Assembly (NCBI GenBank): GCA_964547475.1
Contig: CAZJNQ010000004.1
Coordinates: 16,784-80,783, forward strand
Reading direction: 5' to 3'
Length of the DNA: 64,000 bases
DNA from: an uncultured Porphyromonadaceae bacterium
Lineage (GTDB): Bacteria; Bacteroidota; Bacteroidia; Bacteroidales; UBA12481
A program made the position numbers and the translations under genes. This document shows, in pieces, positions 47,277-54,669 of this stretch; the first letter of the stretch is position 1, and each line of letters begins with the position of its first letter. Below the pieces are notes generated by a model. That model did not search any database. It was not told where the DNA came from and worked only from the letters and a program-made list of their open reading frames with translations.

Positions 47277-47899
47277 CAACCTCCGGAAGCCTTCTTTTTT
47301 GCTGGTTTTTTAACCAGTGCCGGTCGTGATGCGGATCCCTTGTCAGTCGAAGATGACAATACGACCGCACCACCTCCGCCCAGGGCGGCACCTGCGGCCT
47401 GACGGTAATCATACCGTGCCAGTTCCTCATTCGGATCCGAGGAAGCAGGTTTCAGGGGATTCAGGATGGTCTCCACCCAATGATTCAGTCCCCCTTCCAG
47501 GATGTAATTGTTCTCGTATCCAAGTTGCCTGGTGATCAGCCAGGCTTCATTGGCCTCGACTGTCCCGTTTGAGTAAAAAATATTCATTTTAAGATCCTGG
47601 TTCAGGTAAGCGTTCCATTGATCATTGAGCAGGTCGTTAAGGGGTATGTTGATGGCCCCCGGGAGACTGTACTGTTCAAATTCATCCGGATCGCGGACGT
47701 CAATGAGTTGAATGGAAGGATCCTTGTTGACCAGCCTGTCAGCAAGCTCATCAGGGCTGAAAAATTGCTGGCGTCCGACAGCCTCCTCCAACAGTTGTCC
47801 GGCTGTAAGCTTATAGGGGTGAGTGGTGTTCTGAGGAACCGCTGCGATGATCAATCCCAGGCCGAGAGCGGAAATAGACCAAATAACTCTTGCTTTCAT
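47273..47899 (-). CDS. exported rhodanese-like domain protein lacking the active-site Cys, with a Gly/Lys-rich tail ending in Cys
   Basis: Signal peptide MKARVIWSISALGLGLIIAAV. Rhodanese fold motifs (IQLIDVRDPDEFEQYSLPGAINIP, ILEGGLNHW). The active-site loop reads FYSNGTVEAN with no Cys. The tail GGGGAVVLSSSTDKGSASRPALVKKPAKKKASGGC ends in the only Cys of the protein. Confidence 0.8.
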   Translation of the reverse strand: MKARVIWSISALGLGLIIAAVPQNTTHPYKLTAGQLLEEAVGRQQFFSPDELADRLVNKDPSIQLIDVRDPDEFEQYSLPGAINIPLNDLLNDQWNAYLNQDLKMNIFYSNGTVEANEAWLITRQLGYENNYILEGGLNHWVETILNPLKPASSDPNEELARYDYRQAAGAALGGGGAVVLSSSTDKGSASRPALVKKPAKKKASGGC

Positions 47900-47917
47900 A
47901 TCGATAGTTTTTGAATC

Positions 47918-48508
47918 CTAATATTCTTCACGCGGAAATTTCTTTTCTGCCCATTCGGCAACAAAGAACATCCCGGCTGCAATTGCTACCAGCAGCAGGG
48001 CAAAGAGCCCATCCGACAGTCCCAGCGATTCGCTGATCTTGGGGCTCCCCTTGAAGGCAGCCATATAGAGTTTGTCCCAGAGCGAAAAGGTTTCAGAAAA
48101 TAAGAGGACGCCCAGGAAAAGACCGCCGACAAACACCATGGCATCGATCTTACCGATGGCAGCCCCGCAGAAACTGGTTCCCGGACAAAATCCACCCATA
48201 ATAAAACCGGCACCCATCACAACGCCTCCGATAATGGCTGAGGAGAGATAGGTCGGGTTGACAAAAAGCATGTCCAGGTCAATCCATCCGAACAGGCTCA
48301 TGAACAAAAGTCCCACCATGGCCGTAATGGCAGCTGTAAAGAAGACTTTCAGGACAACGGTATCGTATCCGTAAAAAACGCCAGCCAGTTTGCGGCTGGA
48401 TGAGAATCCGCTGCTTTCCAGCACCAGCCCGAAACCGATGCCTATCAGGAAAGCCAGGAAAAGATTGGTATTCTCGGAGATTATCTCATTGACGACTAAA
48501 GGTCCCAT
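47918..48508 (-). CDS. YeeE/YedE-family sulfur-compound (thiosulfate) transporter half-protein
   Basis: 196-aa polytopic protein with a conserved Cys motif (GGFCPGTSFCGAAIG) typical of the sulphur-transport domain. Confidence 0.85.
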   Translation of the reverse strand: MGPLVVNEIISENTNLFLAFLIGIGFGLVLESSGFSSSRKLAGVFYGYDTVVLKVFFTAAITAMVGLLFMSLFGWIDLDMLFVNPTYLSSAIIGGVVMGAGFIMGGFCPGTSFCGAAIGKIDAMVFVGGLFLGVLLFSETFSLWDKLYMAAFKGSPKISESLGLSDGLFALLLVAIAAGMFFVAEWAEKKFPREEY

Positions 48509-48526
48509 TTGTGATTCTTTTTAAGG

Positions 48527-49057
48527 TTAAATCCAGTTCTTTCTGAAAAAATAGGCCAGTGCGTAAGCTGTTCCGAAGATGGCAGCCATCGTAATGAATC
48601 CTCCGAGCGACAGCACGGCCATGCCGCTCAGGGCTGCACCGCTTGTGCACCCCCGTCCCAGCTGGGAGCCGAAACCAAACAGGATCCCACCGATTGCCGC
48701 GAAGATCAATCGCCTGCGGGAGGTGATCTTCGGGCTATGTTCCACTTTCAGTTTCAGACGGCCCCAGAGGGCTCCGGAAACAAAACCCCCTACCAGCACG
48801 CCGGCCATCTCGAACACAAGCCAGTTCTTAAGCGGATTCGGGTGTTCCTTCTTATAGTCGTTGTAGAATGCGTTCTTCTGAACGTGAGCCGGTGCCACCA
48901 CATCGGTTGCCGCCACGATCACGCTCTTGATTGCACCGCTGGCGCCCAATCCCCTGCCGGCAATGTAATTGGCTGCCAGCAACACCAAACCCAGGAGTAG
49001 TCCCCCTAAATACGGATTCAGGTATTTCCGGGAGTGATCTTTTCTTGTCTTTTCCAT
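48527..49057 (-). CDS. YeeE/YedE-family sulfur-compound (thiosulfate) transporter half-protein
   Basis: GSQLGRGCTSGAALSG motif. I start at ATG 49057. The ORF-track start 49108 is a GTG inside a repeat hairpin. Confidence 0.85.
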   Translation of the reverse strand: MEKTRKDHSRKYLNPYLGGLLLGLVLLAANYIAGRGLGASGAIKSVIVAATDVVAPAHVQKNAFYNDYKKEHPNPLKNWLVFEMAGVLVGGFVSGALWGRLKLKVEHSPKITSRRRLIFAAIGGILFGFGSQLGRGCTSGAALSGMAVLSLGGFITMAAIFGTAYALAYFFRKNWI

Positions 49058-49084
49058 TTCTAATGTGTTACTTGTGTGGTAAGT

Positions 49085-49210
49085 CTTGTGTCTACCCCGG
49101 GTTTCCACCCGGGGTTACTGTATCTTGTGTCTTGTGTCTGCCCCGGGTTTCCACCCGGGTTACTGTATCTTGTGTCTTGTGTCTGCCCCGGGTTTCCACC
49201 CGGGGTTACT
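49085..49210 (-). repeat. three tandem copies of a 45-46-bp hairpin-containing repeat
   Basis: Copies at 49085-49130, 49131-49175 and 49176-49210 (the last is truncated). The unit is CTTGTGTCT(A/G)CCCCGGGTTTCCACCCGGG(G)TTACTGTATCTTGTGT. Each copy holds the palindrome CCCCGGG-TTTCCA-CCCGGGG (49095-49114, 49141-49159, 49186-49205). Confidence 0.9.
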
Positions 49211-49230
49211 TTTTCCTTTTTCCTTTTTCC
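49210..49230 (-). repeat. (TTTTTCC)x3 perfect microsatellite abutting the psrC stop codon
   Basis: TTTTTCC TTTTTCC TTTTTCC on the + strand, which reads GGAAAAA x3 in the sense of the operon mRNA. It lies immediately 3' of the psrC stop. Confidence 0.9.
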
Positions 49231-50172
49231 TTAATACAGCCATCTGCTCATCTGTCCGGCATAAACGATGATGAACCTGAGCATCAGTCCTCCGAAAAGC
49301 ACCAGGACAGCCGGAAAATAAACCGGCATCCTGAATTTCATCAGTTCGAGGGTTTCCAGGATCGCTGGCAGGACCAGTCCCATCACTACAACCAGCATCC
49401 AGAAGGGGGCCGTATAAGGTCCGCCCAGGAATAGACTCGCAGCATCGATCTGCACCTGCGTGCTGGCCAGAAATCCCATGAACATATGGATTATCAGGAA
49501 CAATTCAATAGCAATCAGCAGGAGATCGATCCTGGCAAACAGTTTTTTCTCATCATGATTTTTCGAGAACAGTATGATGACCACAGCCCCTGTCGAGAGA
49601 CCTGAAACCAGGAAGAGCGGCCCCAGGATGGAGGTATTCCACAGGGGCCGGGCATTGAAAGCCGACAGCAATATACCTGTGTAAACGCCCAGGATGATGG
49701 AGAAAATGGCCATGATCCAGGCCAGGACTTTCTTGTATTTATTGAAAAATGCTTCCAGGTCTTTAAGCCACCGATATCTCCAGTCCCACCGGGGAAAAAC
49801 GTCACGCATATGGATTGCAGCCCAGATAAATGCCAGGGGCGTAACCACCATCAGGGTCCACGCACCCCATGACATCGGGGATTGCAGCCTGATCGTTGTA
49901 TAGAGTTGCATGAAGTACAGCTTGTGCTTCAGGTCGAGGAACAGGGCAAGCAATCCCAGAACCAGGAGCAGCGGGGCAATCATGGGGGCAACCTTCACCG
50001 TGGCGCGGTATGTGGTTTCCTTGCCCCGCAGACAGAAAAATGCGGCAAAAAACAGGATACCGGCTGCAAGGCCTCCCAGGAAGAGGTAAAGCGGAATTTG
50101 CCAGTGCCAGATATTCAATTGCGGATCAATCAGGTGATTCATGCGTCCGCTTACGATAATCTCTTCTCTCAT
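49231..50172 (-). CDS. psrC: NrfD/PsrC-type membrane anchor subunit of a molybdopterin oxidoreductase
   Basis: 313 aa, about 8 TM helices, with the NrfD-like N-terminus NIWHWQIPLYLFLGGLAAG. It starts 13 nt after psrB. Confidence 0.85.
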   Translation of the reverse strand: MREEIIVSGRMNHLIDPQLNIWHWQIPLYLFLGGLAAGILFFAAFFCLRGKETTYRATVKVAPMIAPLLLVLGLLALFLDLKHKLYFMQLYTTIRLQSPMSWGAWTLMVVTPLAFIWAAIHMRDVFPRWDWRYRWLKDLEAFFNKYKKVLAWIMAIFSIILGVYTGILLSAFNARPLWNTSILGPLFLVSGLSTGAVVIILFSKNHDEKKLFARIDLLLIAIELFLIIHMFMGFLASTQVQIDAASLFLGGPYTAPFWMLVVVMGLVLPAILETLELMKFRMPVYFPAVLVLFGGLMLRFIIVYAGQMSRWLY

Positions 50173-50185
50173 AACGTCTTCCGGT

Positions 50186-50719
50186 TTAGATTAAGAAATA
50201 AAGTTGCGGATCGGTTCCGGCTTCCGGTATCAGGGTCTTGTGTTTCCTCGTCCTTAGGACCAGTGAAACCGGGCTCTTGGGATCATCCAGGTCACCGAAA
50301 TACATGCATTTTGTCGGGCAGGCTGAGACGCAGGCCGGCTCGAGGCCCTTCTCAACACGATGCAGGCAGAAAGTGCACTTGTCAACATATCCATCAGGAT
50401 GGGAATACCTTGCATCATAAGGGCACGATGCTATACAGGCTCCGCAACCGATGCAGCGGTGATGGGTCACAGTGACAATGCCGCCGGCTTCATAATGACT
50501 GGCACCGGTCGGGCAACACCTGACACAGGGGGAATTGGCGCAGTGGTTGCAGCGCTCCGACCTGAACTCCAGTTCAACCTGCGGATAAGTGCCATCGGTC
50601 ACCTCCACGACCCAGTCACGGCAGTAACCGATGGGGACATGATTCTCAGTCTGGCATGCGACGACGCAATCGCTGCAGCCGACACATTTCCTGGTATCAA
50701 CGGCCATTGCGTATCTCAT
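50186..50719 (-). CDS. psrB: 4Fe-4S ferredoxin-type electron-transfer subunit (PsrB/DmsB family)
   Basis: Four Cys clusters (CVGCSDCVVAC, CNHCANSPCVRCC, CIGCGACIASC, CTFC). ATGA overlap with psrA. Confidence 0.9.
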   Translation of the reverse strand: MRYAMAVDTRKCVGCSDCVVACQTENHVPIGYCRDWVVEVTDGTYPQVELEFRSERCNHCANSPCVRCCPTGASHYEAGGIVTVTHHRCIGCGACIASCPYDARYSHPDGYVDKCTFCLHRVEKGLEPACVSACPTKCMYFGDLDDPKSPVSLVLRTRKHKTLIPEAGTDPQLYFLI

Positions 50720-52944
50720 GATCCGACCTCCTCAATTTCAGTGACGAAAGTGACAAAATTACCCCGCATGCCGGTACCACCCATCAGTGGATCAACCAGC
50801 ACCTTTGTGATGAGGTTCGTGTCACTGGCCCCCTTGCCGTAACACCGTTTCATTTTTTTCTGGTCATGCCCGAAGCCATGGACCATGTAAACCGAATCCC
50901 ACCGTATCCTTTCGGTAATCCGGACGCGGATCGGAAATTCGGAACGTTTATCGTCCTGATTCTTAAGGTGTACGTATTGACCGTTTTGCAATCCCCATTC
51001 AGCGGCCACCTTTGGATTCACCCAAACGGTATTTTCATCCATCAGGTCAGTCAGGTTCGCGTTATTGGCAGTGCGGCTGAAGGTATGCATTGGGGCACGG
51101 CCGTAATTGAGCCGGTAGTAACCGGCCGGAGGTTCCTCGTGAGGGGTGTATTTGGGCAGGGGATCAAATCCGGCCTGCTCCAATGCCGTGGCATAGAGCT
51201 CTATCTTCCCGGTATTGGTGTAAAATTCGACTTCTTCACCGGGTGCAAAATACAGGTCATCCGCCGTTCTGTCAAAGGTCTTAACACCGATTCGCTGCAT
51301 CTCTGCCAGACTGGTGCCCAACTGCTGTAGCTGCCAATCGAGCAGGTCTTCGATCTTTTCAAACGGAAAAAAGGATTCAAGACCCATTTTTTTTGCCAGT
51401 TGCCTTGCCATCCAGTAGGCGGGCTTTGTATCAAACTTGGGTTTTACAGCCGGCATGCGGAGGGCGATCTGCGGTTTCCGGTGAGCGCTCACCCGTATCT
51501 CATCATAGCGTTCAATATAGGTACATTCAGGCAGCACCACATCCGCATACCCCGTGATTTCCATCGGCATGGTATCTATCACGACCAGCAACTGAAGCGA
51601 TTGGATTGCCTTGATCGTATTTTCCTGGTTGGGCAGGGTTTCGATGAGGTTGGTGCCGTTGACGATCCATGCCTTGAAATTGCATCCGCGGCTCGGATCC
51701 GGTATGGTTGCATCGCAAACCCCATTGGCAAGGACCGTATCGGCCAACGGGTAAAGGTCCGGGAATTCGGTTCTCCAGGTCCTTTTGGGTACCGGGTATT
51801 CCGGATGGGGAGGCTCGGGAACAGTCATTGATTCGGGCCTGTAGAATCCTCCGCGCCTGCCCCAGGAACCGAGCAGGGCATTTAGAATGGCAACCGCCCG
51901 GAGCCTTTGGGTGTCGTCACCATACCAGGTCACATGCCTGCCGGGATGGACAATCACGGCGGGCGAAGCATGTCCCATTTCGTGCGCGGTTTGCCGGATA
52001 ATATCCGGCTTGATGGTTGTAATGCCATAGGCCCATTCGGGGGTCATGCCGGAGACGTGGGCCTTAAGCTGTTCCAGCCCATAAGTGTATTTTTCAACGT
52101 AATCCCTGTCATAAAGACCTTCTTCGATGATCACATGAATCCAGGCCAACAGGAGGGCCAGATCGGTAGCAGGCTTGATCGGCAACCAGTACTTCGATTT
52201 CCCCGCGGCTGTCGAAAACCGCGGATCAACGGTGATGATGACCGCCCCCTTGTCAATCGCGTCTGACATCTCCTGAACCTGCCCGTTATGCATGTTCTCA
52301 CCGATATGGGAACCGATCAGAACCAGGCAGCGGGTATCCCGTATGTCGGTCCTTTCAGGGCTTTCTACACCTTCGCCGAAGGTGTTCTGAAAAGCCACCT
52401 CCCTCGGGCCCCGGCATTGCGCATAGGAAGGTGCGGCAATATGGGGCGAGCCCATCGCCTTCAGGAGGGTGCCGAAATATTTCCCTCCCGAGCCATGCGA
52501 AAACAAAGCGGTGCATTCAGGACCCTCATCCGCCGAAATCTTTTTCAGCTTGTCGGCAATATAGTTTAGGGCCTCTTCCCAGGTAGCTTCCCTGAAAACC
52601 TGCTTGCCTCTCTCTTCCGTGCGGATCAGGGGAGTCCTGAGCCGGTCCTCGTCGGTGTACATCCCCACCCCGCCGGTACCCCTTGGACAGAACCTGCCGT
52701 TTGAATGCAGATCCCCCTGGTTACCGGTGATCTTCCAGACCTCTCCCCTGTCATCCTTGTGGATCCAGCCCGCACATTTCCAGAAACAGACCTCGCAATA
52801 GGTCGGGGTTCTGCGCATGCTTTCATAAATAGCCTTGTCAGCAATTGCAGGGGCATTTGCCATTGATTGGATCAAAGGCCATGCTATTGCCGTTCCGCCG
52901 GCTCCCACAGCCGAGATCCGGATAAAATCCCGTCGCGTTGACAT
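50716..52944 (-). CDS. psrA: Tat-exported molybdopterin oxidoreductase catalytic subunit, polysulfide/thiosulfate reductase-like
   Basis: Tat leader MSTRRDFIRISAVGAGG. N-terminal FeS motif CEVCFWKCAG and FCPRG. 742 aa, in the size range of PsrA/PhsA. The substrate is not determinable from sequence alone. Confidence 0.85.
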   Translation of the reverse strand: MSTRRDFIRISAVGAGGTAIAWPLIQSMANAPAIADKAIYESMRRTPTYCEVCFWKCAGWIHKDDRGEVWKITGNQGDLHSNGRFCPRGTGGVGMYTDEDRLRTPLIRTEERGKQVFREATWEEALNYIADKLKKISADEGPECTALFSHGSGGKYFGTLLKAMGSPHIAAPSYAQCRGPREVAFQNTFGEGVESPERTDIRDTRCLVLIGSHIGENMHNGQVQEMSDAIDKGAVIITVDPRFSTAAGKSKYWLPIKPATDLALLLAWIHVIIEEGLYDRDYVEKYTYGLEQLKAHVSGMTPEWAYGITTIKPDIIRQTAHEMGHASPAVIVHPGRHVTWYGDDTQRLRAVAILNALLGSWGRRGGFYRPESMTVPEPPHPEYPVPKRTWRTEFPDLYPLADTVLANGVCDATIPDPSRGCNFKAWIVNGTNLIETLPNQENTIKAIQSLQLLVVIDTMPMEITGYADVVLPECTYIERYDEIRVSAHRKPQIALRMPAVKPKFDTKPAYWMARQLAKKMGLESFFPFEKIEDLLDWQLQQLGTSLAEMQRIGVKTFDRTADDLYFAPGEEVEFYTNTGKIELYATALEQAGFDPLPKYTPHEEPPAGYYRLNYGRAPMHTFSRTANNANLTDLMDENTVWVNPKVAAEWGLQNGQYVHLKNQDDKRSEFPIRVRITERIRWDSVYMVHGFGHDQKKMKRCYGKGASDTNLITKVLVDPLMGGTGMRGNFVTFVTEIEEVGS

Positions 52945-53047
52945 GAATATCTTGTATCTAAGTATTTATGTATTTCGATCTGTAAATATAAGTTCTAATT
53001 TCCAATCTGCTATTCCACTAACAATAAAAAAGTGCCCTATTATTGAC

Positions 53048-53055
53048 TATTTTTG
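53048..53055 (+). promoter_or_regulatory. candidate -7 promoter box (TAnnTTTG) for lipA
   Basis: TATTTTTG ends 19 nt upstream of ATG 53074, in an AT-rich divergent intergenic region. Confidence 0.35.
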
Positions 53056-53073
53056 AACTTCACAAATTATTGT

Positions 53074-53961
53074 ATGACCACTGCCAAGCAACGCAGGCTT
53101 CCTGAATGGCTGCGAATATCCTCCCGTCTGGACCACGGTGAAAGTTATGAAAAAGTCCGCCAGGTTGTTAAGGATAACCATCTTCACACGATCTGCACTT
53201 CCGGAAACTGTCCGAATATCGGTGAGTGTTGGAGAGCCGGTACGGCGACCTTCATGATCCTGGGCGATATATGCACGCGTTCCTGCAGGTTTTGCGGGGT
53301 CACCACTGGCCGGCCGCTGCCTCCCGATCGGGGGGAACCCCAACGGGTTGCCGTATCGATCAAAAAAATGGGATTGAAACATGCCGTGATCACTTCGGTG
53401 GACCGGGATGATCTTACCGACCGGGGTGCTTCTTTCTGGGCTGAGACGATCAATGCCATCAAAGAGGTCAACAGGGGCCTGACGATTGAAACCCTGATAC
53501 CTGATTTTGATGGCCGGGAGGACCTGATTTTGCTTGTGATCCGGGCTCGGCCTGATATCATTTCGCACAATCTTGAAACGGTCCGCAGGCTGACCCCCCT
53601 GATCCGGACAAAGGCCCGTTATGACACCAGCCTGGCAGTCATCCATCAGATCAGCAGGTCGGGCATCGTGGCAAAATCCGGGATCATGCTGGGCCTGGGT
53701 GAAACGGAAGATGAGATCCTGGAAACGATGGATGACCTGCTGGCATCCGGCTGCACGGTCATGACAATAGGCCAGTATCTCCGGCCCACCCGCTCGCACC
53801 TGCCGGTCGCGGAATGGGTGCACCCGGATCAGTTCAGGAAATATGAGCAGGCAGGGTTGCAGAAAGGCTTCCGGATGGTTGAAAGCCATCCCCTCGTCCG
53901 CTCATCCTTCCATGCGGAAAAACATGTCATCTCAGGAAATGAAGGGAAAGATCGTTTTTGA
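53074..53961 (+). CDS. lipA: lipoyl synthase
   Basis: Auxiliary cluster CPNIGECW and radical SAM motif CTRSCRFCGV. ATG 53074 (MTTAKQRRLPEWLR) was chosen over the TTG 53053 in the ORF track. Confidence 0.93.
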   Translation: MTTAKQRRLPEWLRISSRLDHGESYEKVRQVVKDNHLHTICTSGNCPNIGECWRAGTATFMILGDICTRSCRFCGVTTGRPLPPDRGEPQRVAVSIKKMGLKHAVITSVDRDDLTDRGASFWAETINAIKEVNRGLTIETLIPDFDGREDLILLVIRARPDIISHNLETVRRLTPLIRTKARYDTSLAVIHQISRSGIVAKSGIMLGLGETEDEILETMDDLLASGCTVMTIGQYLRPTRSHLPVAEWVHPDQFRKYEQAGLQKGFRMVESHPLVRSSFHAEKHVISGNEGKDRF

Positions 53962-54628
53962 GGACCTGGGTCTGATGGACTATCAGGAAGCCTGGGACTA
54001 CCAGGTCAGGCTGTTCGATGAAAGGGTTGGCGCCAAGCTGATGAACCGGGAGCATCCGGAAGCCGATCCGGTATATCCCGATAACCGGTTGCTGTTCGTC
54101 GAACATCCTCACGTTTACACCCTGGGAAAGTCGGGTAACCAGAATAACCTGTTGATCGACAAGACTTTTCTAAGCAACATCCAAGCCACTTACTACCACA
54201 TCGACCGCGGAGGGGACATTACCTATCATGGCCCGGGACAGATCGTGGGATATCCCATTTTTGACCTCGAACAGTTTGGACTTCACATCAGGCAATATGT
54301 CCATCATCTCGAGGAAAGCATTATTGAGACCCTTAAGATTTATGGAATTACCGCGGGCCGTCTGGAGGGAGCGACCGGCGTCTGGCTGGATCCAGGAACT
54401 TCCCGTGCCCGGAAGATCTGTGCCATCGGGATCAAGGCCAGCCGGCATATAACCATGCACGGATTTGCCTTTAACGTCAACACGGACCTGAAATATTTCG
54501 GTTATATCAACCCCTGCGGTTTCCAGGACAAGGGGGTAACCTCCCTGGAAAAAGAACTGGGAGCCCGTCAGGACATGACAGAGGTTAAGAAGCACCTCCG
54601 GTCGGCCCTGATGGGATTGTTTTCGTAA
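53924..54628 (+). CDS. lipB: lipoyl(octanoyl) transferase
   Basis: Motifs RGGDITYHGPGQIVGYP and KICAIGIK. The start is uncertain (ATG 53912, 53924 or 53939), and all three overlap the 3' end of lipA. Confidence 0.88.
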   Translation: MSSQEMKGKIVFEDLGLMDYQEAWDYQVRLFDERVGAKLMNREHPEADPVYPDNRLLFVEHPHVYTLGKSGNQNNLLIDKTFLSNIQATYYHIDRGGDITYHGPGQIVGYPIFDLEQFGLHIRQYVHHLEESIIETLKIYGITAGRLEGATGVWLDPGTSRARKICAIGIKASRHITMHGFAFNVNTDLKYFGYINPCGFQDKGVTSLEKELGARQDMTEVKKHLRSALMGLFS

Positions 54629-54669
54629 AATAGGTCAGTATCTTTAGTCAGATTTGATTTTTTCGGAGG

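Noticed and set aside
49058-49108. The ORF-track start at 49108 for the yeeE-like gene (METRGRHKTYHTSNTLE extension).
   Set aside because: The start is a GTG located in the loop of the first repeat hairpin, and the extension is encoded by repeat sequence. ATG 49057 (MEKTRKDHSRKYLNPYLGG) gives a normal YeeE/YedE N-terminus.
49085-49210. Possible mini-CRISPR array.
   Set aside because: The repeat units are directly contiguous with no unique spacers. There are only three copies, no cas genes are in the window, and the array sits inside an operon.
48931-49434. Plus-strand ORFs (48931-49434 and 49086-49271) encoding repeated peptides such as VSTRGYCILCLVSAPGFHPG.
   Set aside because: The peptide repetition is simply the translation of the 45-bp tandem DNA repeat. 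These ORFs run antisense into psrC and the yeeE-like gene and have no independent support.
53047-53889. A 280-aa minus-strand ORF covering the lipA locus.
   Set aside because: It is antisense to lipA, which has both the CxxxCxxC radical SAM motif and the auxiliary-cluster motif. The product is Arg/Pro/Gly-rich low-complexity sequence typical of a reverse-frame artefact.
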